Source: a virus
Lineage: Duplodnaviria; Caudoviricetes
Strand: one strand, 5' to 3'
DNA length: 64,000 bases
Virus record (IMG/VR): IMGVR_UViG_3300045391_005020
The notes below the pieces were generated by a model that was not told the DNA's origin, did no database searches, and saw only the letters and a program-made list of their open reading frames with translations. Both the position numbers and the translations under genes were made by a program. Shown here piece after piece: positions 17,463 through 27,152 of this stretch. The first letter of the stretch is position 1; the number at the start of each line of letters is the position of its first letter.

Positions 17463-17482
17463 GTCAAAGCTATTGTCTCGAT
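17463..17482 (-). promoter_or_regulatory. ACAAT-N4-TTGAC promoter motif copy
   Basis: ATCGAGACAATAGCTTTGAC. Confidence 0.65.
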
Positions 17483-17558
17483 TGCGGAGGCATCCCGCGG
17501 AAGCGGGTGAGACGCTCGTTGTGAGGGTCTCAAGCCAAAGGGTTTAGGCTGTTCGCCA

Positions 17559-17578
17559 GTCAACCCTATTGTATTGAA
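17559..17578 (-). promoter_or_regulatory. ACAAT-N4-TTGAC promoter motif copy
   Basis: TTCAATACAATAGGGTTGAC. Confidence 0.55.
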
Positions 17579-17585
17579 TGGAAAC

Positions 17586-18167
17586 TTATGGTTCCCAGTA
17601 GGTGTACCCGACCCAGATCTTCTGGCTGTCGGTCACCTGTGATTCGGCCACGCCGGATTCGACGCGGTTTCCGCTCAGGTCGGAACGCCAATCGACGTTC
17701 TGGCGGCACCACTCCCGGAAGGAGTCGGTCATCTCGCCGTTGAGGCTACAGTCGCGCGTCGACTCGACCTCAAGGCCGGTGGTGTCGCGCAGCCACGATG
17801 GAACCCAGGTGGACTCGTCGTCCATCATGTGCTCGACAGCCTGATCCTCGAATTCGCTTTCCATATCCTGGACAGCGCTGGCAGAGGCACGGCTGGTGTA
17901 TCCTCTCGCGATGATGAACTCGTCACCATCTGGATTGGTCAGCTCGACAGTGTCGAACCCAGCCTGGCCATAGCCCTCGCTGATGCCCGTCACTTCGGAA
18001 GGTTCCCACCCGATGTCGCGAATAATCGCGCGCAGGTGTTCCCACTCGGGGTTGTCTTCGATGAACTGGGCGACCTCGTCAGGCTCCGGGGCCTCGAGGC
18101 CGTCGTCCTCATCATCCTCGATCAATTCAACGTCGTTGTTGTCGTCTTGAACTTCAGATTCGCTCAT
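17586..18167 (-). CDS. acidic hypothetical protein
   Basis: ORF with GGAGA RBS. Confidence 0.7.
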   Translation of the reverse strand: MSESEVQDDNNDVELIEDDEDDGLEAPEPDEVAQFIEDNPEWEHLRAIIRDIGWEPSEVTGISEGYGQAGFDTVELTNPDGDEFIIARGYTSRASASAVQDMESEFEDQAVEHMMDDESTWVPSWLRDTTGLEVESTRDCSLNGEMTDSFREWCRQNVDWRSDLSGNRVESGVAESQVTDSQKIWVGYTYWEP

Positions 18168-18381
18168 TCTGGTCTCTCCGCTGCAGCGCGGTCTTGAGTG
18201 CTTCGATGGATCTGGTGATGCGGGCCCGCTCACAGCGGACGGCCCACCAGCGTGACAATTCGACGACGACGATCAGCACGCCCGCGATCGCGAAGCCTCG
18301 TCCCGTTGGGACCGGGGCCGGGATCAGCAGGTCCATGAGACCGAAGAGCGCCAGGTAGAGAAGGTAGTTAAGCACCGTCAT
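18154..18381 (-). CDS. small membrane protein
   Basis: Two hydrophobic segments. Confidence 0.6.
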   Translation of the reverse strand: MTVLNYLLYLALFGLMDLLIPAPVPTGRGFAIAGVLIVVVELSRWWAVRCERARITRSIEALKTALQRRDQNERI

Positions 18382-18769
18382 GGTTCGGTTCCTCGTGGAT
18401 TTGGGTGACGTCGACGTCAGGTTCGACATGAAAGCGGATCCGGAACCCAGGCGGGCTCTGGATTTGAAGTCCTTCCGGATACGGCCGCGGCTGATCGCGC
18501 AAACGCGCGAGCAACATTTGGTCGCCGGCTTCGATGGAGGGAACCCCGATGGAACCCTCGGGCCACACCAGGCACAGATAGCTCCCGCCGTTGGCATCAT
18601 GGAATCGCGTTATGGATGCGATCTGGAGTCCGCCAACGTAGTAGAGCCGCAAGGTATTGGGCCGCGGTGGACGCTTCGGCTTCTCGGGCGCCTTGGGCTT
18701 CGGAGCCTCGGGGACCGGCGCCGGCGGAGTCGCAGCCACGCTCGGGATCAGGTTGGCGGACACTTCCAT
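18368..18769 (-). CDS. hypothetical protein
   Basis: ORF. Confidence 0.65.
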   Translation of the reverse strand: MEVSANLIPSVAATPPAPVPEAPKPKAPEKPKRPPRPNTLRLYYVGGLQIASITRFHDANGGSYLCLVWPEGSIGVPSIEAGDQMLLARLRDQPRPYPEGLQIQSPPGFRIRFHVEPDVDVTQIHEEPNHDGA

Positions 18770-18770
18770 G

Positions 18771-19034
18771 TCACGCCTGCTGGTTCTTGATGAGCAGCTT
18801 CAGTTTCTTGGCATCGCGGTGGAAGGCGTTGATGTCCGTCTGATTGCCGGTGTGCGGGATGTGCTTCAGGACCAGTTCGTCCTCGTGGTTCGTCACGAAC
18901 ATCTTCGAGCCGGCGGGTAAGGTGGCCCACTCTTGGCCACAGTCCTTGTCGGTCGGCATCGGACGCGGGCGATCGCCAATCAATCGGTTCACCGCGCTCA
19001 CCAAATCTTGTGAGACGACATAGAATTCGCGCAT
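18771..19034 (-). CDS. hypothetical protein
   Basis: ORF. Confidence 0.65.
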   Translation of the reverse strand: MREFYVVSQDLVSAVNRLIGDRPRPMPTDKDCGQEWATLPAGSKMFVTNHEDELVLKHIPHTGNQTDINAFHRDAKKLKLLIKNQQA

Positions 19035-19043
19035 GGCTTCTCC

Positions 19044-19871
19044 TCAGAATGGGGCTTCGTAGAACTGAACGAACTTCTGAAGCTCAGAGCCGCGGCCCTG
19101 GGCAACGCGCCTCATGGTGTCCTCGAACACGGGACCCGTGAAGCTCGTGGGCGTGTGGCCCATGCAGTGCAAGATGTGGAACAGCAATCCGTACGTATTC
19201 AGGACGTCGCACATGCAGTAGTCAGCAACACGCTGATGACCGTCGGCGGTCTTGAGCATGTCCTGGACCATCGCCCCATCGGTGTCGAGCTTGCCCGGCA
19301 ATCCGATCAAGCGACTCCAGTAGCTGAGCCCACCACCCACCTGGGCGCGGGTACTCAGGAACGCGAACAGGTCGATGTGACGCTGATGCGCGAACGCGCC
19401 GCGGGGATCTTCCCACGACTTGTTCCCGAACGCGTACCACCGGCTCAGATCGCAGCCGTTCTCGAGGCCAGCGACTTCCATGAGGGGACAGTCGAAGTGC
19501 AGACCGTTGAAATCGACCAGCACCAGATTCTGGTTGGATTCGTCGTAGGCCGAATTGTAGCAGTTCCAAAACTGCCGCGCATTGGCGGCGTAGTCGGGCT
19601 TGTTGTCGATGGTGCGATTCGCGATCACAAGGTGACGCTGGTACCGCAACTGTTCATCGACTTGCAGGAGCCCGATCGTATTCGGGACATGGAACCGCGC
19701 CGGCGTGAAACACGGCCGATCGTACGACTGGTTCTTCTGATCGCACAATTCCTTCAGGACGCGATCGACCGCCTGCACCGTACTTTCGCCAGCGCCCAAG
19801 ACCGGGCGCTCGGTCCGCATGATGCGGTCGTACGCGGTGTCAGTCTCGGTGTCCCAGATGAGATAGCTCAT
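19044..19871 (-). CDS. DEDDy 3'-5' exonuclease (PolB-proofreading-like, standalone)
   Basis: WDTET, FNGLHFD, HIDL, YCMCDV. Confidence 0.8.
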   Translation of the reverse strand: MSYLIWDTETDTAYDRIMRTERPVLGAGESTVQAVDRVLKELCDQKNQSYDRPCFTPARFHVPNTIGLLQVDEQLRYQRHLVIANRTIDNKPDYAANARQFWNCYNSAYDESNQNLVLVDFNGLHFDCPLMEVAGLENGCDLSRWYAFGNKSWEDPRGAFAHQRHIDLFAFLSTRAQVGGGLSYWSRLIGLPGKLDTDGAMVQDMLKTADGHQRVADYCMCDVLNTYGLLFHILHCMGHTPTSFTGPVFEDTMRRVAQGRGSELQKFVQFYEAPF

Positions 19872-20251
19872 TGGCTTTCCTCGGCGGGTTCCAGACGAGC
19901 CATGACTTCCACCAACGCGGCGGACCAGATCTCGTCGACGGTGATGGCTTGGCCTTGTTTCTGGATCGCGGTGCCAGAGCTGACCAGCGCATCGACCCAG
20001 CCCTCAGCGATCTGGTTGTGGCCAGTGCCCGTGTCGGTGATGCGATAGATCCCGGAGTCCCTGATGGGGCGGCCAGCCGGGTCGTCGCGGTGTCCAACGA
20101 GATTCGCCGGCAAACGGTTCAGGAGGCGCTGCGTGGTGAACGGTGCCGCGCGATCGGGCACGACCACCAGGTATTGGGCTTCAGGGTCGATGGATCTGAA
20201 TAGCACGGCCGCAATCTCGGCCGTGACGGCTTCGAGTTGGGTCGGGTTCAT
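19868..20251 (-). CDS. hypothetical protein
   Basis: ORF, start trimmed. Confidence 0.65.
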   Translation of the reverse strand: MNPTQLEAVTAEIAAVLFRSIDPEAQYLVVVPDRAAPFTTQRLLNRLPANLVGHRDDPAGRPIRDSGIYRITDTGTGHNQIAEGWVDALVSSGTAIQKQGQAITVDEIWSAALVEVMARLEPAEESQ

Positions 20252-21210
20252 GTCCACTCCGTACAATCTAGGGAACACTGTCCGAACGTGGTGAGCTGTC
20301 GTCCCTGCGGGGTCCGGATGATGTATCCGGCTCGCAGCAGGAAGGGCTCGTACACGTCCTCGACGGTTTCGGTTTCTTCGTCCAGACAGGCCGCCAGGGT
20401 TGAAAGCCCAGCAGTCTTGTTGGGGGACTTGTCGAGGCGTTCGAGCAACTGGACTTCCGGTTTCGTCAAACCGTTCATCCCGTACCCGAGGCGTTTCATG
20501 GTCGCCTTTACGACATCCTTGGTCACGATGGTTTCGCCGTTGAAGTTGTCGTCGCCGGCGAGCGTCTCGACGCAGGCGTCGATGAGTCGCACAGCGTGAC
20601 GGGCGGTGCCGTGGCAGGCGATGACCAGCCACTCGGCCGCGCCCTCACCCATGCCGCTAACCCCGACCGCCTTCGCGATCCAGACCAGGACTTCCGCCAT
20701 CTCCGCATCGGTATAGAGGTCGAGCCGCACGGTGTGCTTGAAGCGATCGCGCATCGGCTCCGGAATCAGACCCTCGCGGGTCGTCGCCCCGATGATGGTG
20801 AACTTCGGCAGATCGATCTTCATGACCTGCCGGTTGGCGTCGTCGCCGATCACCACATTCAGGAACGAATCTTCCATGATGGTGTACAGGTTTTCGCACA
20901 ACTGCTTGGGCATCGAGTGGATCTCGTCCAAGAACAGCACCGAGCCTTCCGGCATGGTGGTGATCGTTGGCAGGAGGTCCTGCGGCGTTTCGAGCGAACT
21001 ACAGTTCACTTGCTTGACGACGGTCGTTCCGAGTTCATTCGGGATCACACCGGCGCCCAACGTGGTCTTGCCCACTCCCGGAGGACCGACGAGCAAGATG
21101 TGACCGAGCGGACGCTTCAGATTCTTGGCTGCCCGTACCGCTACCCCGAGCTGCTGCACCGCCGCCTTCTGGCCGTGGAAGCTCTCGAATGACAGGGGTC
21201 TGACAGTCAT
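20248..21210 (-). CDS. ruvB: Holliday junction branch migration ATPase RuvB
   Basis: RP..F..F.GQ, GPPGVGKTTL, LFLDEIH, FTIIGATTR, RDRF, EPFLL..G...RTPQGR. Confidence 0.95.
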   Translation of the reverse strand: MTVRPLSFESFHGQKAAVQQLGVAVRAAKNLKRPLGHILLVGPPGVGKTTLGAGVIPNELGTTVVKQVNCSSLETPQDLLPTITTMPEGSVLFLDEIHSMPKQLCENLYTIMEDSFLNVVIGDDANRQVMKIDLPKFTIIGATTREGLIPEPMRDRFKHTVRLDLYTDAEMAEVLVWIAKAVGVSGMGEGAAEWLVIACHGTARHAVRLIDACVETLAGDDNFNGETIVTKDVVKATMKRLGYGMNGLTKPEVQLLERLDKSPNKTAGLSTLAACLDEETETVEDVYEPFLLRAGYIIRTPQGRQLTTFGQCSLDCTEWT

Positions 21211-21479
21211 GTTTGCTCACCAGGCCGACGGTTCCACAGCTTGAGAAGCTCGCCGTACAGTTCGTTTGGCGCTGACTCTGAAAATGAAGATGCTGTGACT
21301 GAAGCTACAGTTGAGCCGCGGTGGTACCGCACAAAGGGCTCCGCGCCGCAGTCGCGACACATCACCGAAAGCTTGTATCCGGTGTCGTCAGCGTCGTCGT
21401 AAAATTCTACGTCGTCGCTTTCGCAAAATGGGCAGGGAAGTAATTCGGCCTCCAGCGGATGCCGATCGAAAATAGACAT
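21207..21479 (-). CDS. Lar-family restriction alleviation-like Zn protein
   Basis: LLPCPFC...CRDCGA...WNRR. Confidence 0.7.
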   Translation of the reverse strand: MSIFDRHPLEAELLPCPFCESDDVEFYDDADDTGYKLSVMCRDCGAEPFVRYHRGSTVASVTASSFSESAPNELYGELLKLWNRRPGEQT

Positions 21480-21480
21480 C

Positions 21481-22005
21481 TCAAGGCCTCGCTTCCAAAA
21501 GGGTGATGATCGTTCCGGCTTCTCCGTCCGGAACTTTGGACTGACGGTACTCGACCGTCAGGTACTTGGGGGCGTCATCATAAATGACTCCGAGGTTGAC
21601 CAGGGCATCGATCAGGTGCTTGCAGCCACCGACCAAATTTCCGTAGTCGAACTCGCGGCGTCGGCCGGCGAACTTCCGTTCGATCAACCAGCTAGACCAC
21701 TCCAGCTTTCGACTATTGAGCCCGGCGGCGCCGACGAGCGGCGTCAACAGGCAGGTCCACTCCTTGACCTCACGATTCTTGATCGCCCAGTGGCGACCGA
21801 GGTTTCCGTTCTGGGATGTGAGTTCGCGTTTCAGGTCAAAGCTGATCGGTAAGACCGGCATGGCCCGAATGTCGGACCCGGTTTCTTCGGCTTCCGGTTT
21901 TGGCTTCTTAACCTTGCCCCGCGAGCACTTGCTCACGTGCTGGGTCAACTTCTGAAAATCGCCCTCGAGCAGTCGAGAGCAGATCGGACAGATGGCACGA
22001 CCCAT
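21481..22005 (-). CDS. RusA-like Holliday junction resolvase with N-terminal Zn finger
   Basis: S.N...RHW, RRREFDYGNL...KHLIDALV..GVIYDD. Confidence 0.65.
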   Translation of the reverse strand: MGRAICPICSRLLEGDFQKLTQHVSKCSRGKVKKPKPEAEETGSDIRAMPVLPISFDLKRELTSQNGNLGRHWAIKNREVKEWTCLLTPLVGAAGLNSRKLEWSSWLIERKFAGRRREFDYGNLVGGCKHLIDALVNLGVIYDDAPKYLTVEYRQSKVPDGEAGTIITLLEARP

Positions 22006-22392
22006 CGTTAACCTCGGGTGATCGCGAGCGCCTGATCCAAACTGAAGACAGTGGAAACGAGCGGAGGCGGGGATCGCCAATCCGGATCGAGCGGTTGCAA
22101 GTCACCGACTTGGCAGACCAGGAGGGGGCCGGCGCCGTTCATAACCGCCATGTCACGGCCGTCGAAGATGACCACTTGCCCGCCGGCGATCGGCGACGCC
22201 TTGAACGTCCTGAGTGCCTTGGTGACCGCGTGACGCGGCACATCGCACTTAATCATCATGACACCCAAGAACGCCAGTGCGAGACTGGCAGGATCCTTGG
22301 GGTCTGCTTCCAAGACGAGCAGCCAGGAGCGCAACTCGTCGACTTGATCGAGCAGTCCAGTCCTGGCCAACAGGCTCAGGACTGGGTCGTCG

Positions 22393-22695
22393 TTACAGGG
22401 TGCGGGTGAACTTGAAGTCGCGTTCATACGCCACCGCGACGCGGTCATCGCCTTCACCCTTGGTGACGGCGCGGTAACCGCTGACTTCGCTGATGCCGTA
22501 GCCGGACAGGCCAAACTCGCCGGCGCGCTTGTAGATCTCGTCCTTCATCGAACGACGCATGATGGTGCTGATGGCCTTGTCGGCCGGAACAGCTTCCGTG
22601 ACGTCGACCTTGACGGTCACGACGGCCGGGTTCCCATCGCGGGTAACTTCAGCGTCGTAGTCGTACTTGGGCGCGGGCTTGCTGGACTTGGTCAT
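22393..22695 (-). CDS. hypothetical protein
   Basis: ORF downstream of promoter motif. Confidence 0.65.
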   Translation of the reverse strand: MTKSSKPAPKYDYDAEVTRDGNPAVVTVKVDVTEAVPADKAISTIMRRSMKDEIYKRAGEFGLSGYGISEVSGYRAVTKGEGDDRVAVAYERDFKFTRTL

Positions 22696-22754
22696 AGACA
22701 CGATTCCTTGACTGGTGGTGAAGCAGGCCAATTTGTAACACCACCGGCCAAGTA

Positions 22755-22774
22755 AACAAGTCAATTGTCTTGAA
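22755..22774 (-). promoter_or_regulatory. ACAAT-N4-TTG promoter motif copy
   Basis: TTCAAGACAATTGACTTGTT. Confidence 0.55.
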
Positions 22775-23339
22775 TCGGGATCCCGGCCCCCACCAGGAAG
22801 CGGGATACCCCAGCAGTCGAGAAGCAGTCCTCGAGGGCACCGTGGCGGTCCACCTGGCGGTAACCTGCCGTCTTGCAGGCGCTTTCGAGCTTCAGGGTGC
22901 CCTGGACGATCTCGATATGGTTGGCCACGCAGTAACGCTTGTACCATTCCATAACGCAGCGCCATTCCTTCACCTTGGCCGCCAGCTCGGGGAAGTGGAC
23001 TTCGGTCCACTTCTTATCGAATTTGACGTTGTACCCGTACATGGTCAGGCCCTGGTAGGGCTCGAAGACCTGATAGACCTGCCGCTGTGCTTCGGCGAGC
23101 TCGATGGCCCCGCGTTCCGCCCAGCGCTCCTCGGTATAGCCGTTGATCATGGCCGCCATCTGTTCAATCACCATGCCCGGCTGAGGCAGGATGCAGATCG
23201 AGTCGCCGGCGATGATCTCGAATGCGGGATTCAAGAACCCCCATCCGAACTCCAAAATCGGGTTCTTCTTGGTACTGAAGCCCCCCGACTCGATGTCGAG
23301 CATGACATCGAGTGTGTCGTGGATGACTGATTGGATCAT
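22761..23339 (-). CDS. DEDDh 3'-5' exonuclease (DnaQ-like)
   Basis: LDIESGG, YNVKFD, HGALED. Confidence 0.85.
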   Translation of the reverse strand: MIQSVIHDTLDVMLDIESGGFSTKKNPILEFGWGFLNPAFEIIAGDSICILPQPGMVIEQMAAMINGYTEERWAERGAIELAEAQRQVYQVFEPYQGLTMYGYNVKFDKKWTEVHFPELAAKVKEWRCVMEWYKRYCVANHIEIVQGTLKLESACKTAGYRQVDRHGALEDCFSTAGVSRFLVGAGIPIQDN

Positions 23340-23989
23340 TGGGTATCTGGTTCCGTGGTAGCCATGAAGGTTTCGCCTTCACGGAATTGCCATTCCTTGA
23401 CCGGCACGTCCGCTGGGCCGCGCCGCTTCTCGATGATCATGCGGCCGTCCTGGAGGGCGAGTTGGACCTCGACCCATACCATGTCGCCGTTCAGGACCTT
23501 GAGGACGCGATCGCAGCAGATCTTGCGCTGATTCAGGTAGTCGTCGAGGTGCGCCTCGAACGTGATATTCCACATCGCCTCGAACTCCGGCAAAGTCTTG
23601 ACCCCGCGGATCGTGGTGACGTACCAGACGCCCGCCTCGGTCAGCATGATCTCATCGACCAGGTAGCTGTTGATGCGGGACCGGAAGCAGATCTTGGCGT
23701 TCGTGAGATCCCAGGTGCCGGTCAAAGTTCCAACCGAGGCCCACGCGATGCAGGCCTTGGCCCACAGGGTGGAATACGGTTCGCCCGCAGTCGTGCAGGC
23801 CTGTTCGAATCGATCTTTGTCTGCTTGGCTGAGGCGCTCGTGGATGCTCGATATATGGGTCGGGCTCAGGGGCTCGTCGTCATAGAACATCGCCGCCAGG
23901 AATTCTGGCGACATGGTCTGTGGTAGGGTCAGCGGGCCGTCCTCAGAGTCGAGAACCAGCCGGCCGTCCTGCAGTCTGATCATTGTCAT
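23336..23989 (-). CDS. hypothetical protein
   Basis: ORF. Confidence 0.7.
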   Translation of the reverse strand: MTMIRLQDGRLVLDSEDGPLTLPQTMSPEFLAAMFYDDEPLSPTHISSIHERLSQADKDRFEQACTTAGEPYSTLWAKACIAWASVGTLTGTWDLTNAKICFRSRINSYLVDEIMLTEAGVWYVTTIRGVKTLPEFEAMWNITFEAHLDDYLNQRKICCDRVLKVLNGDMVWVEVQLALQDGRMIIEKRRGPADVPVKEWQFREGETFMATTEPDTQ

Positions 23990-23999
23990 GAAAACCTTT

Positions 24000-24491
24000 T
24001 TAGTCGTCGTCGTAATCGGGGAAGTCCTCAGATGAGGCTTCCGGATCGCCCATGTACTCGGTCTCCCGGTCGCGCTTGAACGAGTTCCACCCGGCTTCCC
24101 TCTTCTTGGAGGTCTGGCCGTACCGGAGGCAGAAGCGCACCGCTTCCAGCTCCTCGAGGGTGGACCGCATGCGGTCGAGAACCGTCAGCGCCTCGTTCAA
24201 AACGAGGTTCAGACGGCCGATCTCTTGGACTTGCAGTTCGGTTGTTTCAGGGGTCTGTGCTGAGAGGCGCAGGCGATCAAGCTTGTACTTGGCCTGCAAA
24301 AGCAACGGATGTGACGGCAGACGCTTCAGGAGGCGCAGCGCATCGACGGCAACGCCCGTCAGGCGCGCGATCTCTCCTGGAAGCCGGTCCACCGCCATGT
24401 CGACGTGCCGCACGGAAACCCCGTGAGCCTCGTACAAGATGGGAACCATCTTCTTTTTCTTCTTGGATTCGGAGCGGCGTCGTCGTGCCAT
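24000..24491 (-). CDS. hypothetical protein
   Basis: ORF. Confidence 0.7.
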   Translation of the reverse strand: MARRRRSESKKKKKMVPILYEAHGVSVRHVDMAVDRLPGEIARLTGVAVDALRLLKRLPSHPLLLQAKYKLDRLRLSAQTPETTELQVQEIGRLNLVLNEALTVLDRMRSTLEELEAVRFCLRYGQTSKKREAGWNSFKRDRETEYMGDPEASSEDFPDYDDD

Positions 24492-24829
24492 TAACGATCC
24501 AGCACAATCCGGTCAGCGACCGGCTTGCCCTTGATGTTCAGCTCAACCACGTTGGTCGCTTCGACCTGAACTCGGTGTCCTACGAAAACAGCCAAGACGT
24601 TCTCTCCTCGCACCAAATTGGCGAGCTCGTGGAGACCGTCTTCGTTGTTCTCGTATTGCGAGATCAGCGGAAGGCCGCCGCGGCGCGGGACCGACACTGC
24701 GTACAGCATCGCCGGCGCTTCGGGGGCTTTTGGAGTTTCGATTTCGATCGGGCCTTCGTCCGTGGTGCCAACGCGCAGCGTTGGTTCGCGCACGACGGCG
24801 TGATGGAAACCGAACAGTTTCTTAGTCAT
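24491..24829 (-). CDS. hypothetical protein
   Basis: ORF, start trimmed. Confidence 0.65.
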   Translation of the reverse strand: MTKKLFGFHHAVVREPTLRVGTTDEGPIEIETPKAPEAPAMLYAVSVPRRGGLPLISQYENNEDGLHELANLVRGENVLAVFVGHRVQVEATNVVELNIKGKPVADRIVLDR

Positions 24830-25430
24830 CGGAAACGACTCCCAAGATCGGATCCGCCAGCATGAGTCCAGGTTCACGCAGAAGCGCGATCCGTCGCTTG
24901 GTGGTCAAGTTGTGAGGGAGCGCGTACCAGATGTTCACGCCGCGTCGCTCGCCCGACACCATCGGGTCGCCCGAGCGGATGTCCTGGAACGTGCAGCACC
25001 ACTGGTCGCCAGTATCGATGCGGTTGAACTGGTAACTCGAGACGAACTCCCGGAACGCGGCCCCGTGCCGTGGCGGTATGCCTTGCACGATGCCGGACCA
25101 CGGATTGCCAACCAGGTTCACGCCCGGGATCTGCATGATCGGATGATCCGCCTGATGGGTCTGGATCGGCATCGACAGATTGCCCGCGGCCTGGAAGACC
25201 TCGAACAAGCTGCGGTCGATCTTGATCAGGCAGTAGGCCAGACCCAGGCAGTACCACTGGAGATCTGGATCGAGTCCGGTCGCGGGCGTGATGGATTCGA
25301 AGCGTTTTTCCGCGTCGATCGTGGTGTGGTGGACGGGTTCGCCTGCCGGCGCCGACGTGACCTGCTTGGCGCGTTCAAGCGCTCCGGCTTCGATCGTGTG
25401 CGGTATGGTCTCGGGGAACCCGTCTGGCAT
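24822..25430 (-). CDS. hypothetical protein
   Basis: ORF downstream of promoter motif. Confidence 0.7.
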   Translation of the reverse strand: MPDGFPETIPHTIEAGALERAKQVTSAPAGEPVHHTTIDAEKRFESITPATGLDPDLQWYCLGLAYCLIKIDRSLFEVFQAAGNLSMPIQTHQADHPIMQIPGVNLVGNPWSGIVQGIPPRHGAAFREFVSSYQFNRIDTGDQWCCTFQDIRSGDPMVSGERRGVNIWYALPHNLTTKRRIALLREPGLMLADPILGVVSDD

Positions 25431-25461
25431 GCCCCCTGGTTATGGCACGTGATGTGCTATA

Positions 25462-25481
25462 AGCAAGTCTATTGTTACGAT
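25462..25481 (-). promoter_or_regulatory. ACAAT-N4-TTG promoter motif copy
   Basis: ATCGTAACAATAGACTTGCT, followed by TG-C-CATAAC. Confidence 0.65.
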
Positions 25482-26287
25482 CTAGGCCGGCATGAAGCCG
25501 GGCACTCGGTCGAGCGCTTGGGGCAATCCCAGCAGTAATGGGTGAACCCGTACGGGCATTCGACTCTTCCGGTCTCGGAATTATTGTCCCGATGTTCGTA
25601 GTCCAACCGGGTCCTGAGCTTGATTACCGAGAGGTTGTGTTTCCGGAAAGCGGGACTGATCTCCCAGCGCTCGAACGAAATCTCCGGTGAGGTTTCGTCG
25701 GGCTGGAGGTAACCCCAGATCCGGAGTCCGATGAAATGCTTGGGCTCTTCGTCGTACTGGATCCGGCGGCTGAACCCGATCTGGTACGCGAACCCGCGCA
25801 GCCAAGATTCCGGGAAGTTGCGGGTAACGGTGTGGCCAGCCGGATGTCCGGACAGCACGAAGAACGTCATGAGACAACCGCGCTTCTCGCCGCGCCACAC
25901 GGATGGTTGAACGTCCACGATCTCGACCGCGATCCACTCCTGCCGGAGCGGCCTGGTGTACTGGACCAACATGCCGCGGTGCAGTTCGTCCAAGCGGGCG
26001 CTGATCTGCCACGACAAGATCTTGTTCAGGTAGGGACTGAACTCCTGACCGTTGTACTGCTCGAAGGTCTTGGCGAGCGAACTGGTAACCGATTCCTGAT
26101 CGACCAGGTTCTGGTCACCCAACACGGTCGCTGCCCTCACGGACAACGCCTTCGCGAGTTCGCTCGTCATGACCGAGCCGATGTAGCGGCGCAGCTCGCG
26201 CTGGAGTTCTTGCGCCAGGTCAGTCACCTTGGTGAGCTTGCCGCGCGGCAGCGCCGGCAGCTCAACCTCGGTGCCCTGTTCAGACAT
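25475..26287 (-). CDS. hypothetical protein with C-terminal Cys cluster
   Basis: CPYGFTHYCWDCP...CPASC. Confidence 0.7.
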   Translation of the reverse strand: MSEQGTEVELPALPRGKLTKVTDLAQELQRELRRYIGSVMTSELAKALSVRAATVLGDQNLVDQESVTSSLAKTFEQYNGQEFSPYLNKILSWQISARLDELHRGMLVQYTRPLRQEWIAVEIVDVQPSVWRGEKRGCLMTFFVLSGHPAGHTVTRNFPESWLRGFAYQIGFSRRIQYDEEPKHFIGLRIWGYLQPDETSPEISFERWEISPAFRKHNLSVIKLRTRLDYEHRDNNSETGRVECPYGFTHYCWDCPKRSTECPASCRPRS

Positions 26288-27152
26288 CTTTGCGGGCTTT
26301 GGACATTTCCTTGATCAGCTTCTGGAGCGGTTCCAGCAGCTGTTCGGCGGTCCCGAGCGCGCCCTCGAACGCTTCCTTGTAGTTCTTCTGTGCCCGGTCG
26401 GAATCGAACCCGACCTTGGTGCCTTCGTAGGCCGCGATGATCGCGTCCCCGATCGCGCTGATGGTGGCGATCGCATGTTTGTCGAACTTCTTGAAAGCTT
26501 GGAGGGGACTGACCGAGAACTCCTTGGCCTTGGCCGAGCGGTGCTCGCCTTTCGACGGAGTCTTGAGCGCTTCGGTGTCGTCTTCGGACTGGTAGACGGT
26601 TTCGCCCTTGGTCTTGGCTTTGTCGACGTCCTGGATGGTCTTCTTGGCGCCAGCGACCGCCGCGTCCTTCTGGACTTCGTCGATCACTTCCTTGAGTTCA
26701 CGCACCGGAATCACGGTGCCGTCGCCGCGGACCAGCTGGCGCGAGACCTTGGCCTCGACCGCCGCATCCTTGAGGGGCAGCATCAGCTTCAGGTGGTTCA
26801 CCTTGACGCCGCGCTCGATCAGGGTGCCGATCGATTCGAACTGGTACTTCTCGCGGATCTGCTTCGCCGTGTAGAGCGTCGAAACCGCGATGTCGATGGG
26901 GATCGGTTGATTCGACAGATCGGCGATGAAGTGCTGGATGGTACGGTTGCCCATCTCGTTGTTCTGCTGGCTCTGGACGAACTTCAGGTACAGATCGCCC
27001 ATCTGCCAGTACCAGCTCATGGTCGACTTCTCGTACTCCTGGGTCAGCTTGGTGGCTTCCTCGAGGTAGTTCTGATAAATCGTGTCGTCGACCGCGTCTT
27101 TGACCACGACGGTCTTGCTGATCGCGCGAGTGCTGGGCTTGGACTTAGTCAT
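26280..27152 (-). CDS. hypothetical protein
   Basis: Long ORF. Confidence 0.75.
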   Translation of the reverse strand: MTKSKPSTRAISKTVVVKDAVDDTIYQNYLEEATKLTQEYEKSTMSWYWQMGDLYLKFVQSQQNNEMGNRTIQHFIADLSNQPIPIDIAVSTLYTAKQIREKYQFESIGTLIERGVKVNHLKLMLPLKDAAVEAKVSRQLVRGDGTVIPVRELKEVIDEVQKDAAVAGAKKTIQDVDKAKTKGETVYQSEDDTEALKTPSKGEHRSAKAKEFSVSPLQAFKKFDKHAIATISAIGDAIIAAYEGTKVGFDSDRAQKNYKEAFEGALGTAEQLLEPLQKLIKEMSKARKDV

